Program-made: the position numbers and the translations under genes
Notes under the pieces: generated by a model
The model's database searches: none
Told to the model about the DNA's origin: nothing
What the model saw: only the letters and a program-made list of their open reading frames with translations
Part shown: positions 46,921 through 56,374 of the stretch, one piece after another
Layout of the letters: the number at the start of each line of letters is the position of its first letter
Position numbering within the stretch: position 1 is the first letter of the stretch
From: an uncultured Candidatus Micrarchaeota archaeon
GTDB taxonomy: Archaea; Micrarchaeota; Micrarchaeia; Anstonellales; Bilamarchaeaceae
Assembly (NCBI GenBank): GCA_963714085.1
Contig: OY970229.1
Coordinates: 576,001 to 640,000 of the forward strand
Length of the DNA: 64,000 nucleotides
Reading direction: 5' to 3'

Positions 46921-48003
46921 TCATCCGAGAACCGGCAGGTGCCGCTTGCCATCTTGCTGTTTCCAGAAGATTTCCCTAGGTTCGCATCCGCCGTTGAAAC
47001 GCTTCCTGACAGGAGCCGCTTTTTCCCATAGATCCTTCAACGTCTCCTGTCTTATATTCCCCAGAAGCTCGGTCTTTCCGATGCAGTCCCATACATTGCC
47101 CTGGATTTCCACGTGGAGCCCCAGACCACGGATAGAACACGGGACTCCGCCGGCATAAGGGAAAATTGACCGGTGTTCTATCCCATACACACTCTTATCG
47201 ATTTGGGCCAAGGTGCGGAACAGGTAGAACTGCTCCTCTCTGGAAAGCGCATTCTGGACAGGTGAAGAGCTGCGGCCTGCGGGCACATAATTGACGAACA
47301 GCATGAAGATGTTGTTGTCTCTCGCGAAGCGGTGCAGGTCCGTGATCTCATCGTAATTCTCCTTACAAACGATCGTGTCTAAGGCCAATCTGGTCGGGTC
47401 ATGCCTGTTGAAACCAATGTCGAGCAGGAGTTGCAATGCCTCGTTCCTCTTTCTGAAATAATTGAAATTCAATGGCTGTGGTCCGCTATTTACGACCCTG
47501 TTCTGGTATTCTTCATCCCTCAAGCTGTTGGCTTTCAGCACAATCGTCGAGCCGAGCTCGTAGAGGCGCATGGCGAATGTCGTGTCCGTAAGTTTCTTTG
47601 ACCCTTCAGTATAGACGATAGGGGTCATCCCCATCCCGGATATGAGTTCGACAATCTCCCAGAAATGCGGGTCTATCGTCGGCTCGCCCGCTCCGACCAT
47701 GTTTATGGATCGGGTGCCAAGAGCATGGGCCTGCTTTATCAATTCTATTCTCACGGAGATGGGGAGCTCGTTCGCGAGACGTTTTTTGCGCCCTTCCGGA
47801 TTATTCGGATCCTCACTCAAACAGTTAATGCAGTTCAGAGGGCATATATTGCTTCCTAATTCTAAAGTAGGATTGAGCATCTTATTATTCTGCAAGGCTT
47901 CGGCTATCTCAGCTACAGTGAAGTCCCACCCCTTCATCGTGTACCCCTTGCCGGTGCGGATTATGTCAAATTCTTTCGGGATATCTGGTGTGTCTTGATT
48001 CAT
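46921..48003 (-). CDS. Radical SAM enzyme with twitch/SPASM-like C-terminus
   Basis: CPLNCINC, GAGEP, C-terminal C..RG.....GNVWDC...LGNI....L..LW. Confidence 0.9.
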   Translation of the reverse strand: MNQDTPDIPKEFDIIRTGKGYTMKGWDFTVAEIAEALQNNKMLNPTLELGSNICPLNCINCLSEDPNNPEGRKKRLANELPISVRIELIKQAHALGTRSINMVGAGEPTIDPHFWEIVELISGMGMTPIVYTEGSKKLTDTTFAMRLYELGSTIVLKANSLRDEEYQNRVVNSGPQPLNFNYFRKRNEALQLLLDIGFNRHDPTRLALDTIVCKENYDEITDLHRFARDNNIFMLFVNYVPAGRSSSPVQNALSREEQFYLFRTLAQIDKSVYGIEHRSIFPYAGGVPCSIRGLGLHVEIQGNVWDCIGKTELLGNIRQETLKDLWEKAAPVRKRFNGGCEPREIFWKQQDGKRHLPVLG

Positions 48004-48047
48004 GTGTTAATGTGTGCAAAAGACGTATAAAAGAAGACATGGGCTAT

Positions 48048-48061
48048 TTTTCCACTAAAAA
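48048..48061. promoter_or_regulatory. Putative Lrp operator, TTTTCCACTAAAAA
   Basis: Same offsets as 45871-45884 relative to both flanking start codons. Confidence 0.5.
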
Positions 48062-48098
48062 GACAGAATTTAATAATATAATGTAATTAATGTAAATT

Positions 48099-49085
48099 AT
48101 GGAAGAAATAATAGACATTATAGATAAGAAGATCCTTGCCGAGTTGGATAGGGATTCGAGGCAGCCGAACAGCGCCATAGCGAAGAAGCTGCGCGTCTCC
48201 AGGGAAAGGGTGGACTACAGGATAAAGCAGCTCGTCAAGAGCGGCATAATCAACAAGTTCCCGACAGTGATCAATCCCACGAAATTCGGGTATTCGATGT
48301 TCAAGCTGTATTTCCAGTTCCAGAACCTTACGGCAGGAAAGGAAAAAGAAATAATTCACTGGCTGGTTGAGAACCCTTACGTCCAATGGGTGACCGCATG
48401 CAAGGGGAGATGGGACATGAATGTCATCGTCTTCGCGCATGATTCGGAGCATTTCAGCGGCATAATGCAGGAGTTCTACAATTTGTACGGAGAATGGATA
48501 TTATCCCAGAATTTCAATGTCAGCCTGGCCGTAGGCAACATGGAAAAAGGCTGGATCCTCAAGGGGAAGGAACATCGCAGCGAAGTGGTCTACACGGCGA
48601 ACGGAAGAGAGGACCTTAATTTAGACAAGACGGACATAGAGCTGATGAAGATAATCGCGAACAATGCCCGGATGTCCACCGTGGAGATTGCGAAGGAGAT
48701 GAAGACCACCCCGAGGATAGTGACGTATAGGATAAAACAGCTCGAGAAGAAGTCGGTGATAGAGGGTTATACCGTTTCGCTGAATTATGGCCTGCTGAAA
48801 AAGCAGTTCTACAAGGTCAATTTCTACATGAGCATGATGAACGACGCGCTCCGCTCACGGCTCGTGGAATACTGCAGGGGCAGGAATGACATGCCGTATT
48901 TCGTTTTCTGCGTGGGCGAATGGCCCTTCGAAGTGGAGTATGTCGTGGATGACATAGAAGAGTTCTACGAAGCGGTCGAAGACATCAAGAGACAGTTCTC
49001 GGAGATAAAGAGATACGAGAGCATCCTGCTGGCGAAAGAATACAAATTCGATTACATCCCGCTCTGTTACAAGCCGAAATCATAG
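48099..49085 (+). CDS. Tandem (double) Lrp/AsnC family regulator, paralog of 45923-46891
   Basis: IDKKILAELDRDSRQP....AKKL.VSRE.V.YRI and second unit LDKTD..LM..IA.NAR. Confidence 0.9.
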   Translation: MEEIIDIIDKKILAELDRDSRQPNSAIAKKLRVSRERVDYRIKQLVKSGIINKFPTVINPTKFGYSMFKLYFQFQNLTAGKEKEIIHWLVENPYVQWVTACKGRWDMNVIVFAHDSEHFSGIMQEFYNLYGEWILSQNFNVSLAVGNMEKGWILKGKEHRSEVVYTANGREDLNLDKTDIELMKIIANNARMSTVEIAKEMKTTPRIVTYRIKQLEKKSVIEGYTVSLNYGLLKKQFYKVNFYMSMMNDALRSRLVEYCRGRNDMPYFVFCVGEWPFEVEYVVDDIEEFYEAVEDIKRQFSEIKRYESILLAKEYKFDYIPLCYKPKS

Positions 49086-49093
49086 CATGCTTA

Positions 49094-49648
49094 CTACTGC
49101 GCGTACCTGACCCTTTTCTTCACTTCTTCCACGCGCCTGAGCACTGCCGCGTGCTTCGGGTTCCGTGTCTTGTAGCCCTTGATGAACGCCTTGCCCGATT
49201 CCGCATCCAGCGCCTTGAGCATGGTGTAGACGTCGATTGCTTTGTCCTCCACGTCGTTCGAGAAGAAGCCGAGCCCGAAGTCTATCACGAACAGCTTTCC
49301 CTTGCTCTTCATGAGGTTGACCGGGGTGAAATCCCCGTGGATGATGCCCGCGCAATGGAGCGCTGCGAGCATCTGGCCGGCACGTGTGCACTCGGCTGCC
49401 TTCATCTCCGGGTGGCTGCCGTGCAGGTAGTCCATGGTTATCGAGAAATCAGTCACTTCCAGCACCACCGGGCAGTCAACTCCGGCGAGTTTCGCACGGT
49501 GGAGCAGCCGCGCCTCGGCGCGCGTGCGCTCCCGCCTCAATCTGGCGTCCAGCTCGGCTATGCGGTAGGTCTTGGCTATGCGCTCCTTGATGGCCACGTC
49601 CCGCCCTATCACGGTGCCCCTTGAGAGAACGGCCTCAGCGCCCCGCAT
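49094..49648 (-). CDS. bud32: KEOPS kinase Bud32
   Basis: GAEA, K.R..K.YR..ELD..LR..RT..EA, IHGDFT, IDFGL, EDKAID. Confidence 0.92.
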   Translation of the reverse strand: MRGAEAVLSRGTVIGRDVAIKERIAKTYRIAELDARLRRERTRAEARLLHRAKLAGVDCPVVLEVTDFSITMDYLHGSHPEMKAAECTRAGQMLAALHCAGIIHGDFTPVNLMKSKGKLFVIDFGLGFFSNDVEDKAIDVYTMLKALDAESGKAFIKGYKTRNPKHAAVLRRVEEVKKRVRYAQ

Positions 49649-49650
49649 GC

Positions 49651-50385
49651 TCAGCGCCTCCTGAAGAGCAGCATGGAGATGACCATCAGCAGCACGAGCA
49701 TGAATAGCCAGGACACCGCGAAGAACACGGTCACCAGGTGTATCGCGACGCCGAAGACGAACATGGCGAACACGAATCCGAACCAGACCGGCATGGACCA
49801 GGCGAACACCTTGCTGCCGTCCAGGGGGAACGCAGGGATCATGTTGAACATGCACAGTATGAAGTTGAGGTACGCTCCGAACCGCCACACCTCGAAGGCG
49901 CCGTTGTTGAACAGGGGCGCGAGGAAGCTAAGGTCGAAGGAGAAGTGGATGTGTATGGGCGCTACGATGGACAGGCCCAGGAACACCAGCATCACCAGGA
50001 GGTTCACGATAGGCCCGGCTAGCGATATTATGCCGTTCTGCTTCTTGGTTATGTTGCGCGAGTAGATGTACACCGCGCCAGGCGCGGCGAAGAGCACGCC
50101 GAGGAGCGACGTGATGAGCATGAAGACCAGGCCCTGGACCCACATCTGGAACCTGGCATACGCCCCGTAGTAAATGGCCACGAGCTTGTGGCCCATCTCG
50201 TGCAGGATGAACCCCGAGCCCATGGTGACGAGCGAGAGCACCATGAACACCAGGAACTGCTTCGGTAGGCTGAACAGGGTGCCCAGCCCCCCGGCGAACA
50301 CGATGGTGAAGGCGAAGGATATGGCGAGCACTGAGATGAGTATCTCCACAGCCTCGCCTTTCTCGATGTAGAAATCACGCTTCAT
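49651..50385 (-). CDS. Site-2 protease family (M50) membrane metalloprotease
   Basis: HEMGH, AGP..N, FNMIP.FPLDG; GGTGA SD before ATG 50385. Confidence 0.9.
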   Translation of the reverse strand: MKRDFYIEKGEAVEILISVLAISFAFTIVFAGGLGTLFSLPKQFLVFMVLSLVTMGSGFILHEMGHKLVAIYYGAYARFQMWVQGLVFMLITSLLGVLFAAPGAVYIYSRNITKKQNGIISLAGPIVNLLVMLVFLGLSIVAPIHIHFSFDLSFLAPLFNNGAFEVWRFGAYLNFILCMFNMIPAFPLDGSKVFAWSMPVWFGFVFAMFVFGVAIHLVTVFFAVSWLFMLVLLMVISMLLFRRR

Positions 50386-50435
50386 CTGGGAGTCACCGAC
50401 ATGATATTGATATTCCATGCGGATTTTAAATCCGA

Positions 50436-53400
50436 CTACCGGTACATCAGAGACGAATTCTTGAACTTCTCAATATGCTCCAGGTGCTCCTTGCGGGTTA
50501 TGGGCATCACCTGCTTGAGCGCGGCCTGGAAGTGCTTGGATCTCACCTTCTTGGCCCCCTCGCGTATCGCGGACATGCCAGCCTCCCGCACCACGTTCTC
50601 CATGTCGGCTCCGGTGTAGCCGTCCGCGAGCCTGGCTATCTCAGGCAGCGAAACGTCGCTGTCCAGGGGCATCCTGGCGGTGTGTATCTTCATTATCGCG
50701 AGACGGGCAGCCTCGTCCGGGCGCGCTATCTCTATTATCCGGTCGAACCTTCCCGCGCGCAGCAGCGCGGAATCCAGGATGTCCGGGCGATTTGTATTGT
50801 GTAGAAGTATCGGCGTGTCTCCTCCAAAAAAAGCTTCGTTATCGCAGCCGCATAGATCGTAAACATAGCACTCATGGGCTATTTTCTTAATCTCTTTAAT
50901 CACCGACCGCTTTACCAACTGTCTTCCAGTATTTTTCAAAAAGGGATTACCGGACTTCCCTATGCCGAGGCGGTAAGCCGTGGTTTCTTTGAGCGGTTTG
51001 CCACCGTTGATTTTTCTCCCTGCTTTTACGATAAAGGTACCGACATACGACTTTATCCCATGCATTCTGCATAACCAGTTTAGCTCTATTATCAGCCTTT
51101 TGCTTACCGAGGTCACTTGGAGCTTTCCGTCTTTGGCTATGTAACCATCGCCCTGGACGTACGCCTTAAAAAATTCCAAGAAGTATTCCCTCGGAGCCTC
51201 GAATAAAAACGGTGGTAGATGCTTATTCTTCGCTCCTTTTCCGACATGTCTGATAAAAAATCTGGCGAGGGGGCTTGAGTGATAGGTTACGTTAACCGCA
51301 TTTTTGGTTATTGTACGCACTCTATCAGGCTCTAACCCAAAAACTTCTTTCATCGATCCCTTCAGATCGCTAACAAGGTTTTTCTCATCGATACCAAAAC
51401 AGAAATCCAGCTCTTTTCGGGCATATCCTTCTGAGGCATAAAAACCGAATAAGCGCATTAACGATGGCGTTACTTTGACTTTTTCTTGGAGTGCGTGTTT
51501 GAAATATTTCTTGCTCAAACCACGGGGCAATGACCCATGCATCCAATTTGAAACCGTCGTTTGGGTAACGCCTATCCGGGACGCTGTTTCTGCTTGAGAC
51601 AATTTCGATGCAATCGCAAATTCATAGGCTTCTTCCAGATTTTCATCAAACTCGAATAGCGGCAATTCAAGACTGATATCGTTTTTAAAATCATGATCCC
51701 TGACTTCTCGCACTTTATTGTTTGTTCGAACAGTATATGGGATATCGACCAGATACTGGCCTACTTTCAAGTCGGAGACGCGCTTCGGTTCTATGCCTCT
51801 TTTTGTTCTGACAAAAACGGAATGGCTACCGGTAGCTCTTATCGTACCGCCTAAAAACCGGATTTCGTATATTTCTTTTACCTTATGCCTATAGACCCCC
51901 CGAATGCTCTTGAATGAGCTTTGACCGAATCTTAGGCCGTTTTTCCGTTTATCTTTCCTCTTTTCAAAACCCAAAGATTCGACTCCATATACGGGTTTTT
52001 CAACACCTTCCTCGTCTTCCTCGTAATAAGAATCGACAAATTCACCGATATCTAAAAGTCTTGGACCGTTATAATCTTTGATTAAAATGGGCGTATCCCC
52101 CATAACGCTGGCCCCTATGACGACCACGTTCTTGAGCGACTTGAGCCCGTCTATCTCGGTGAGGAACGTGTCCACGAGCCTCTCGGTCACGCGAGTGCCA
52201 TCCCCGCCGGAGCCGGACCTGAATGGCGCGATGGCGTCTATCTCGTCCACGAAGAGTATGCACGGGGCGGCCATCCTCGCCTTCTTGAATATCTCGCGCA
52301 CGGTCTTCTCGGACTCGCCCACGTACTTGCTGAGCACCTGCGCGCCGGATATGGATATGAAGTTCGCCTCGGTCTCGTGCGCCACCGCTTTGGCTAGAAG
52401 AGTCTTGCCGGTCCCTGGCGGGCCGTAGAGCAGTATGCCCTTCAACGGCCTCACGCCCATGCGCTCGAACAGCTCCGGCGATTTAAGCGGCAGCTCGACC
52501 GCCTCGCGCAATTCTTTTTTCACGGATTCCAGCCCGCCGATGTCTTCCCACTTGGTGGTCGGCCGCTCCACGAACACCTCGCGCAATGCAGATGGCATGA
52601 TCTCCCGCAGCCCGTTGAAGAAGTCGTCCCGCGTGACTTTCAGCTTGTCGAGTATCTCCGGCGCTATGAAATCCTGCCTGAGGTCTATCTCGGGAAGCAC
52701 GCGGCGCAGCGCCTTTATGGCGGCTTCCTTGGTGAGAAGGGAGAGGTCCGCGCCGGTGTAGCCGTGGGTGATTCCTGCCAGCTCGTCCAGCGAGACGTCC
52801 TTGTCGAGCGGCATGTTCCGCACGTGGATATGCAATATCTCCAGCCTGCCCTTGACGTCCGGGACCCCGATCTCTATCTCCCGGTCGAACCTCCCCGGTC
52901 GCCTCAGCGCCGGGTCTATCGCGTCCTCGCGGTTCGTGGCCCCTATGATTATCAATTCCCCCCTTGCCTTGAGCCCGTCCAGGAGCGTCAGCAATTGGGA
53001 GACCAGCCGCTTCTCGACCTCGCCTAAGACCTCGCTCCTTTTAGGTGCGATGGCATCGATCTCGTCTATGAATATTATGGACGGCGCGTTCTCCTGCGCC
53101 TCCTGGAATATCTTCCGCAGCCGCTCCTCGCTCTCTCCGACGAATTTCGATACTACCTCCGGGCCGCCTATGTAATAGAAATTGGCGTCCGATTCGTTCG
53201 CCACGGCCTTGGCCATGAGAGTCTTCCCGGTCCCCGGTGAGCCGTAGAGCAGCACTCCCTTTGGCGGGTCTATGCCCAGGCGCTCGAATATCTCAGGATG
53301 GCGCAGAGGGAGCTCCACCATCTCGCGGAGCTTCTGTATGGCGTCTTTCAGTCCCCCGACATCATCGTAGGTGACATTCGGTATGGCCTCGAGGTCCTTG

Positions 53401-53894
53401 ACCGGCTCCAGCACGATCTTGAGCTCGGTCTTCTCCCCTATGATCACCGGACCCTGGGGGAACACCTGTGACACGATCAATGGAATCGAAGTGCCGAATA
53501 TGCCCACTGGAAGCAGGTTGCCTTTCAGCACGGGCTTTCCCACGAGCCGTTTCTTCACATACTGGTCGAAGCCAGGCGAGAACCTCACCTGCTCCCTAGG
53601 CGCGAGCACGATCTTCTTAGCCTCCTTCGCCTGTACGGGCTCCACCTTCACCCTGTCGCCGAGGCCCACGCCGGCGTTCTGGCGCAGGATGCCGTCCATG
53701 CGGATCATCTCCAGCCCCTCGTCCTCGGGGTGTGCCTGCCATACGATGGCGAGCGCCGCCTTCTTGCCGCTAAGCCGGACTATGTCGCCGGTTGCCACTC
53801 CCAGTTCCTTCTTTGCCTTCGAGTCTATGCGGATTATGCCCCTGCCTATGTCGTTCTGGAACGATTCCGCCACTTTCGGGGTGATTAGCGCCAT
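50436..53894 (-). CDS. cdc48: CDC48/VCP AAA+ ATPase containing an intein in the D2 domain
   Basis: Two AAA modules (GSPGTGKT, GPPGTGKT; RRPGRFDRE, RAGRFDR); C-terminal MYR tail. Confidence 0.96.
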   Translation of the reverse strand: MALITPKVAESFQNDIGRGIIRIDSKAKKELGVATGDIVRLSGKKAALAIVWQAHPEDEGLEMIRMDGILRQNAGVGLGDRVKVEPVQAKEAKKIVLAPREQVRFSPGFDQYVKKRLVGKPVLKGNLLPVGIFGTSIPLIVSQVFPQGPVIIGEKTELKIVLEPVKDLEAIPNVTYDDVGGLKDAIQKLREMVELPLRHPEIFERLGIDPPKGVLLYGSPGTGKTLMAKAVANESDANFYYIGGPEVVSKFVGESEERLRKIFQEAQENAPSIIFIDEIDAIAPKRSEVLGEVEKRLVSQLLTLLDGLKARGELIIIGATNREDAIDPALRRPGRFDREIEIGVPDVKGRLEILHIHVRNMPLDKDVSLDELAGITHGYTGADLSLLTKEAAIKALRRVLPEIDLRQDFIAPEILDKLKVTRDDFFNGLREIMPSALREVFVERPTTKWEDIGGLESVKKELREAVELPLKSPELFERMGVRPLKGILLYGPPGTGKTLLAKAVAHETEANFISISGAQVLSKYVGESEKTVREIFKKARMAAPCILFVDEIDAIAPFRSGSGGDGTRVTERLVDTFLTEIDGLKSLKNVVVIGASVMGDTPILIKDYNGPRLLDIGEFVDSYYEEDEEGVEKPVYGVESLGFEKRKDKRKNGLRFGQSSFKSIRGVYRHKVKEIYEIRFLGGTIRATGSHSVFVRTKRGIEPKRVSDLKVGQYLVDIPYTVRTNNKVREVRDHDFKNDISLELPLFEFDENLEEAYEFAIASKLSQAETASRIGVTQTTVSNWMHGSLPRGLSKKYFKHALQEKVKVTPSLMRLFGFYASEGYARKELDFCFGIDEKNLVSDLKGSMKEVFGLEPDRVRTITKNAVNVTYHSSPLARFFIRHVGKGAKNKHLPPFLFEAPREYFLEFFKAYVQGDGYIAKDGKLQVTSVSKRLIIELNWLCRMHGIKSYVGTFIVKAGRKINGGKPLKETTAYRLGIGKSGNPFLKNTGRQLVKRSVIKEIKKIAHECYVYDLCGCDNEAFFGGDTPILLHNTNRPDILDSALLRAGRFDRIIEIARPDEAARLAIMKIHTARMPLDSDVSLPEIARLADGYTGADMENVVREAGMSAIREGAKKVRSKHFQAALKQVMPITRKEHLEHIEKFKNSSLMYR
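50796..52109 (-). mobile_element. Intein with LAGLIDADG homing endonuclease and HTH insert, 438 aa
   Basis: Interrupts VIGA|TNRPD; block A SVMGDTPILI, block B TGSH, LFGFYASEG and FKAYVQGDG, VYDL, ends LLHN|T; visibly AT-richer than the host gene. Confidence 0.95.
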
Positions 53895-53898
53895 TTGA

Positions 53899-54864
53899 TC
53901 ATCTTTCGACTATTGTGCGGCCGTCCTTCTCCTTGACCCGGACCGCGACGCTGCTATTAACCATGGCGTTCTTTTTAAGGGTTACAGCAGTCGTGAGCTT
54001 TATGTCATCGGCCAGCTCCACGCCCATGAACCTGAGCGCGTCCTCCCGGCCGAACGACGCCGCCTTGCCGCCGACCGTGACTTTGAGCGAATCGGCATCC
54101 GCCTCCATGGACTCCACCTTGCCGAGAAGCATGCGCTCCTTCCTGCGCACGAGCAGCCTGGCGTCCTCGGAGAGCTCCAGCCTGTTGTCTTTTTCAAGCG
54201 CGGATTCGATGATGATCTCGTCGCCCGACTGCAGCGACCTGCCGCGCTCCGGCCTGCCCCAGATGACCACCTGGACCTCCTTGGAGCCGTCCGAGACGTT
54301 GAACGAGAATCCGGGCATGGCGCTGGTGCCGCTCACGTAGCGGTCGAACCCATGGACGCGGGACACGAAGCCCTGTACGTGGTGGAACTCGCCCGGGGAG
54401 AGGGAATCCAGCTTGGAGAAAGGCGAGCGCGATTTGAGCTCCAGCATGCCGGAATAGCCCAGATGCAGCTCGCCGCCCTTCTCATAGGCGCCCCTCACCA
54501 GCACGGAATCCTTGGTCCGCAGCCCGTTCGCGAGCTTCACGTCCTCGTTCCAGAGTATCAGCGGGACCATGCCGGCGCCGTCCTCCATCTCCACCACGCG
54601 GCTCCTCTTCCCGGAGCTGTAATCCGCCACCGGCCAGATTTTCTTTACGGTCGCCTCTATCGATATCTTTTTGCCTCCTTTGGGTATCGCGGAGATGGCG
54701 ACTTTCTTCTCCTCCTCCACCTTGAGCAGGCCCTTTTCCCTGGCGATGAGCTTCATCGCCACCTCGCGGGTGAGCAGGCCGTGGAACTGGCTGATCTTCA
54801 CTGCCACCTGCTCCTCGAGCTGCTCCTTGGAGAGCGATTCGAGGAGGAGAGATTCGTAATCCAT
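53899..54864 (-). CDS. OB-fold ssDNA-binding protein (RPA-like)
   Basis: N-terminal GLLT.EVA..LIA.E.G; two OB folds (ED..G...L.LW, SDGS..V.V.IWG). Confidence 0.78.
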   Translation of the reverse strand: MDYESLLLESLSKEQLEEQVAVKISQFHGLLTREVAMKLIAREKGLLKVEEEKKVAISAIPKGGKKISIEATVKKIWPVADYSSGKRSRVVEMEDGAGMVPLILWNEDVKLANGLRTKDSVLVRGAYEKGGELHLGYSGMLELKSRSPFSKLDSLSPGEFHHVQGFVSRVHGFDRYVSGTSAMPGFSFNVSDGSKEVQVVIWGRPERGRSLQSGDEIIIESALEKDNRLELSEDARLLVRRKERMLLGKVESMEADADSLKVTVGGKAASFGREDALRFMGVELADDIKLTTAVTLKKNAMVNSSVAVRVKEKDGRTIVER

Positions 54865-54906
54865 GGAGGTTTCTAGCTTTGAACCATTAAAAACGTTGCC
54901 TGGCTA

Positions 54907-55953
54907 ATGCTTCCCATGCGCGCCATGTCAAGCCTGGAATACGCGGCAGTAGTGCAAGAGCTCCAGGCTCTGGTGGGGAAGAGGTTCGGCCGCATGAGGC
55001 GGCTTCCTGGCGGCATCTACAGGATGAAGATAGGGGACGCCGAGATAATCATAGAGCCTGGAGTAAGGCTCCATAGGACGAAGTATATGGAGGAGGCCGA
55101 GACCCAGGACCAGCTTGCGCAGAAGGCTGATTCGGAGCTGGAGAACGCGAAGCTCGCCTCCGTACGCCAGGTGAACGACGACCGCATAGTGGAGTTCGGA
55201 TTCGAGGCGAGGAAAACCGAGTCCGGGCGCGCTGCGATCGTCTTCGAGATGTTCGGAAAGGGGAACGCGGTCCTCGTGGAGAACGGAGTGACTCTCGCTG
55301 CCATGAAGGAGGAGAGCTGGGCTGACCGGGAGATAAGGAAGGGCAGGGCGTATGCATACCCGAAACCGAACAACGTCCCCACGTTCCGCGAGGCGCTCTC
55401 CGACAGGTACGTAATCATCGCGCTGCTCAAGCTCCCCCTGGGGAAGGAGTACGCCCAGGAGATCCTCTCGCGCTGCGGAATCCCGGAGAAGACTCCAGGG
55501 ACGGAACTGACCGCGAAGCAGGCGGAACGCATCGAGGCCGAGGTCGCAGCTGTGCGCGGGGCGCAGTCCCCTTTGGTTTTCTATGAAGGCGGGAAGCCGG
55601 TGGATTACGGGCTCGCCCCATTCGCGAAATACGCGGAATCCAGGGCCTTCAGTACCATCAACGAGGCGCTAGACGAGTTCTACTGGAGCGCGGAGCACGA
55701 GGTGCGGAACCCTGAACTGGAGAAGCTCGAGCGCAGGCTTGAGGAGCAGGAGAAGCGGATGACTGAGCTGGAGAGGGAGGAGGCGCTGCACAAGACCGAT
55801 GGCGATTACATATACGCTAATTACGAGGCTATCGAACGCGTGCTGAAGGAGGCCAGGGCCGTGCCCCTCGACGAGCTGGAGAAAAAACTGGCTAAACTTA
55901 AGCCAAAGGTGGATAAAAAAGAGAAAAGTATGGAGATCGAGCTGGATCAGTAG
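54907..55953 (+). CDS. NFACT/Rqc2 (RqcH-like) protein, N-terminal part only
   Basis: MSSLE...V.EL, Q.NDDRIV, EMFGKGN.VL, W.DR.I..G..Y.YP, YA.EI, F.T.NEALDE; no NFACT-R domain recognised. Confidence 0.82.
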   Translation: MLPMRAMSSLEYAAVVQELQALVGKRFGRMRRLPGGIYRMKIGDAEIIIEPGVRLHRTKYMEEAETQDQLAQKADSELENAKLASVRQVNDDRIVEFGFEARKTESGRAAIVFEMFGKGNAVLVENGVTLAAMKEESWADREIRKGRAYAYPKPNNVPTFREALSDRYVIIALLKLPLGKEYAQEILSRCGIPEKTPGTELTAKQAERIEAEVAAVRGAQSPLVFYEGGKPVDYGLAPFAKYAESRAFSTINEALDEFYWSAEHEVRNPELEKLERRLEEQEKRMTELEREEALHKTDGDYIYANYEAIERVLKEARAVPLDELEKKLAKLKPKVDKKEKSMEIELDQ

Positions 55954-56357
55954 GTCGGCTCGCTCTTGTTCAGCAGGTAGGGCTTGAGGAGCTCGTTGGC
56001 TTTCTTCGGCTTGTCGACAAGTATGCCGAGCACGGTCTCCCTGCCGTCCCTTGACAGCGTCTGGACGTTCTCGATATTGATGCCTTCCTTTGCCAGGGAG
56101 GTCGTTATCTTGCTGAGCTCCCCTGGCTCGTCCGGGAGCCTCACCACTATCATGTTCGACTCTGTGACCGTATAGCCGGAGGCCTCGAGCACCTGCCTGG
56201 CCTTCTCGCTGTCCGGCACCGTGAGTATCACGACAGCTTTCTTGGCGACCACGTCGACCGAAAGCGCGTCGATGTTGACCTTCGCCTTGCCGAGTATGTA
56301 GGAGATATCCGCAAGGAGGCCTACCTTATCATCCGCGATTATGGTTATGGACTTCAT
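55947..56357 (-). CDS. Tandem ACT-domain protein
   Basis: DKVGLLADIS..L....VNI; DEPGEL......LA..GINI. Confidence 0.88.
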   Translation of the reverse strand: MKSITIIADDKVGLLADISYILGKAKVNIDALSVDVVAKKAVVILTVPDSEKARQVLEASGYTVTESNMIVVRLPDEPGELSKITTSLAKEGINIENVQTLSRDGRETVLGILVDKPKKANELLKPYLLNKSEPTY

Positions 56358-56374
56358 ATCTTTCAACACCTTTT

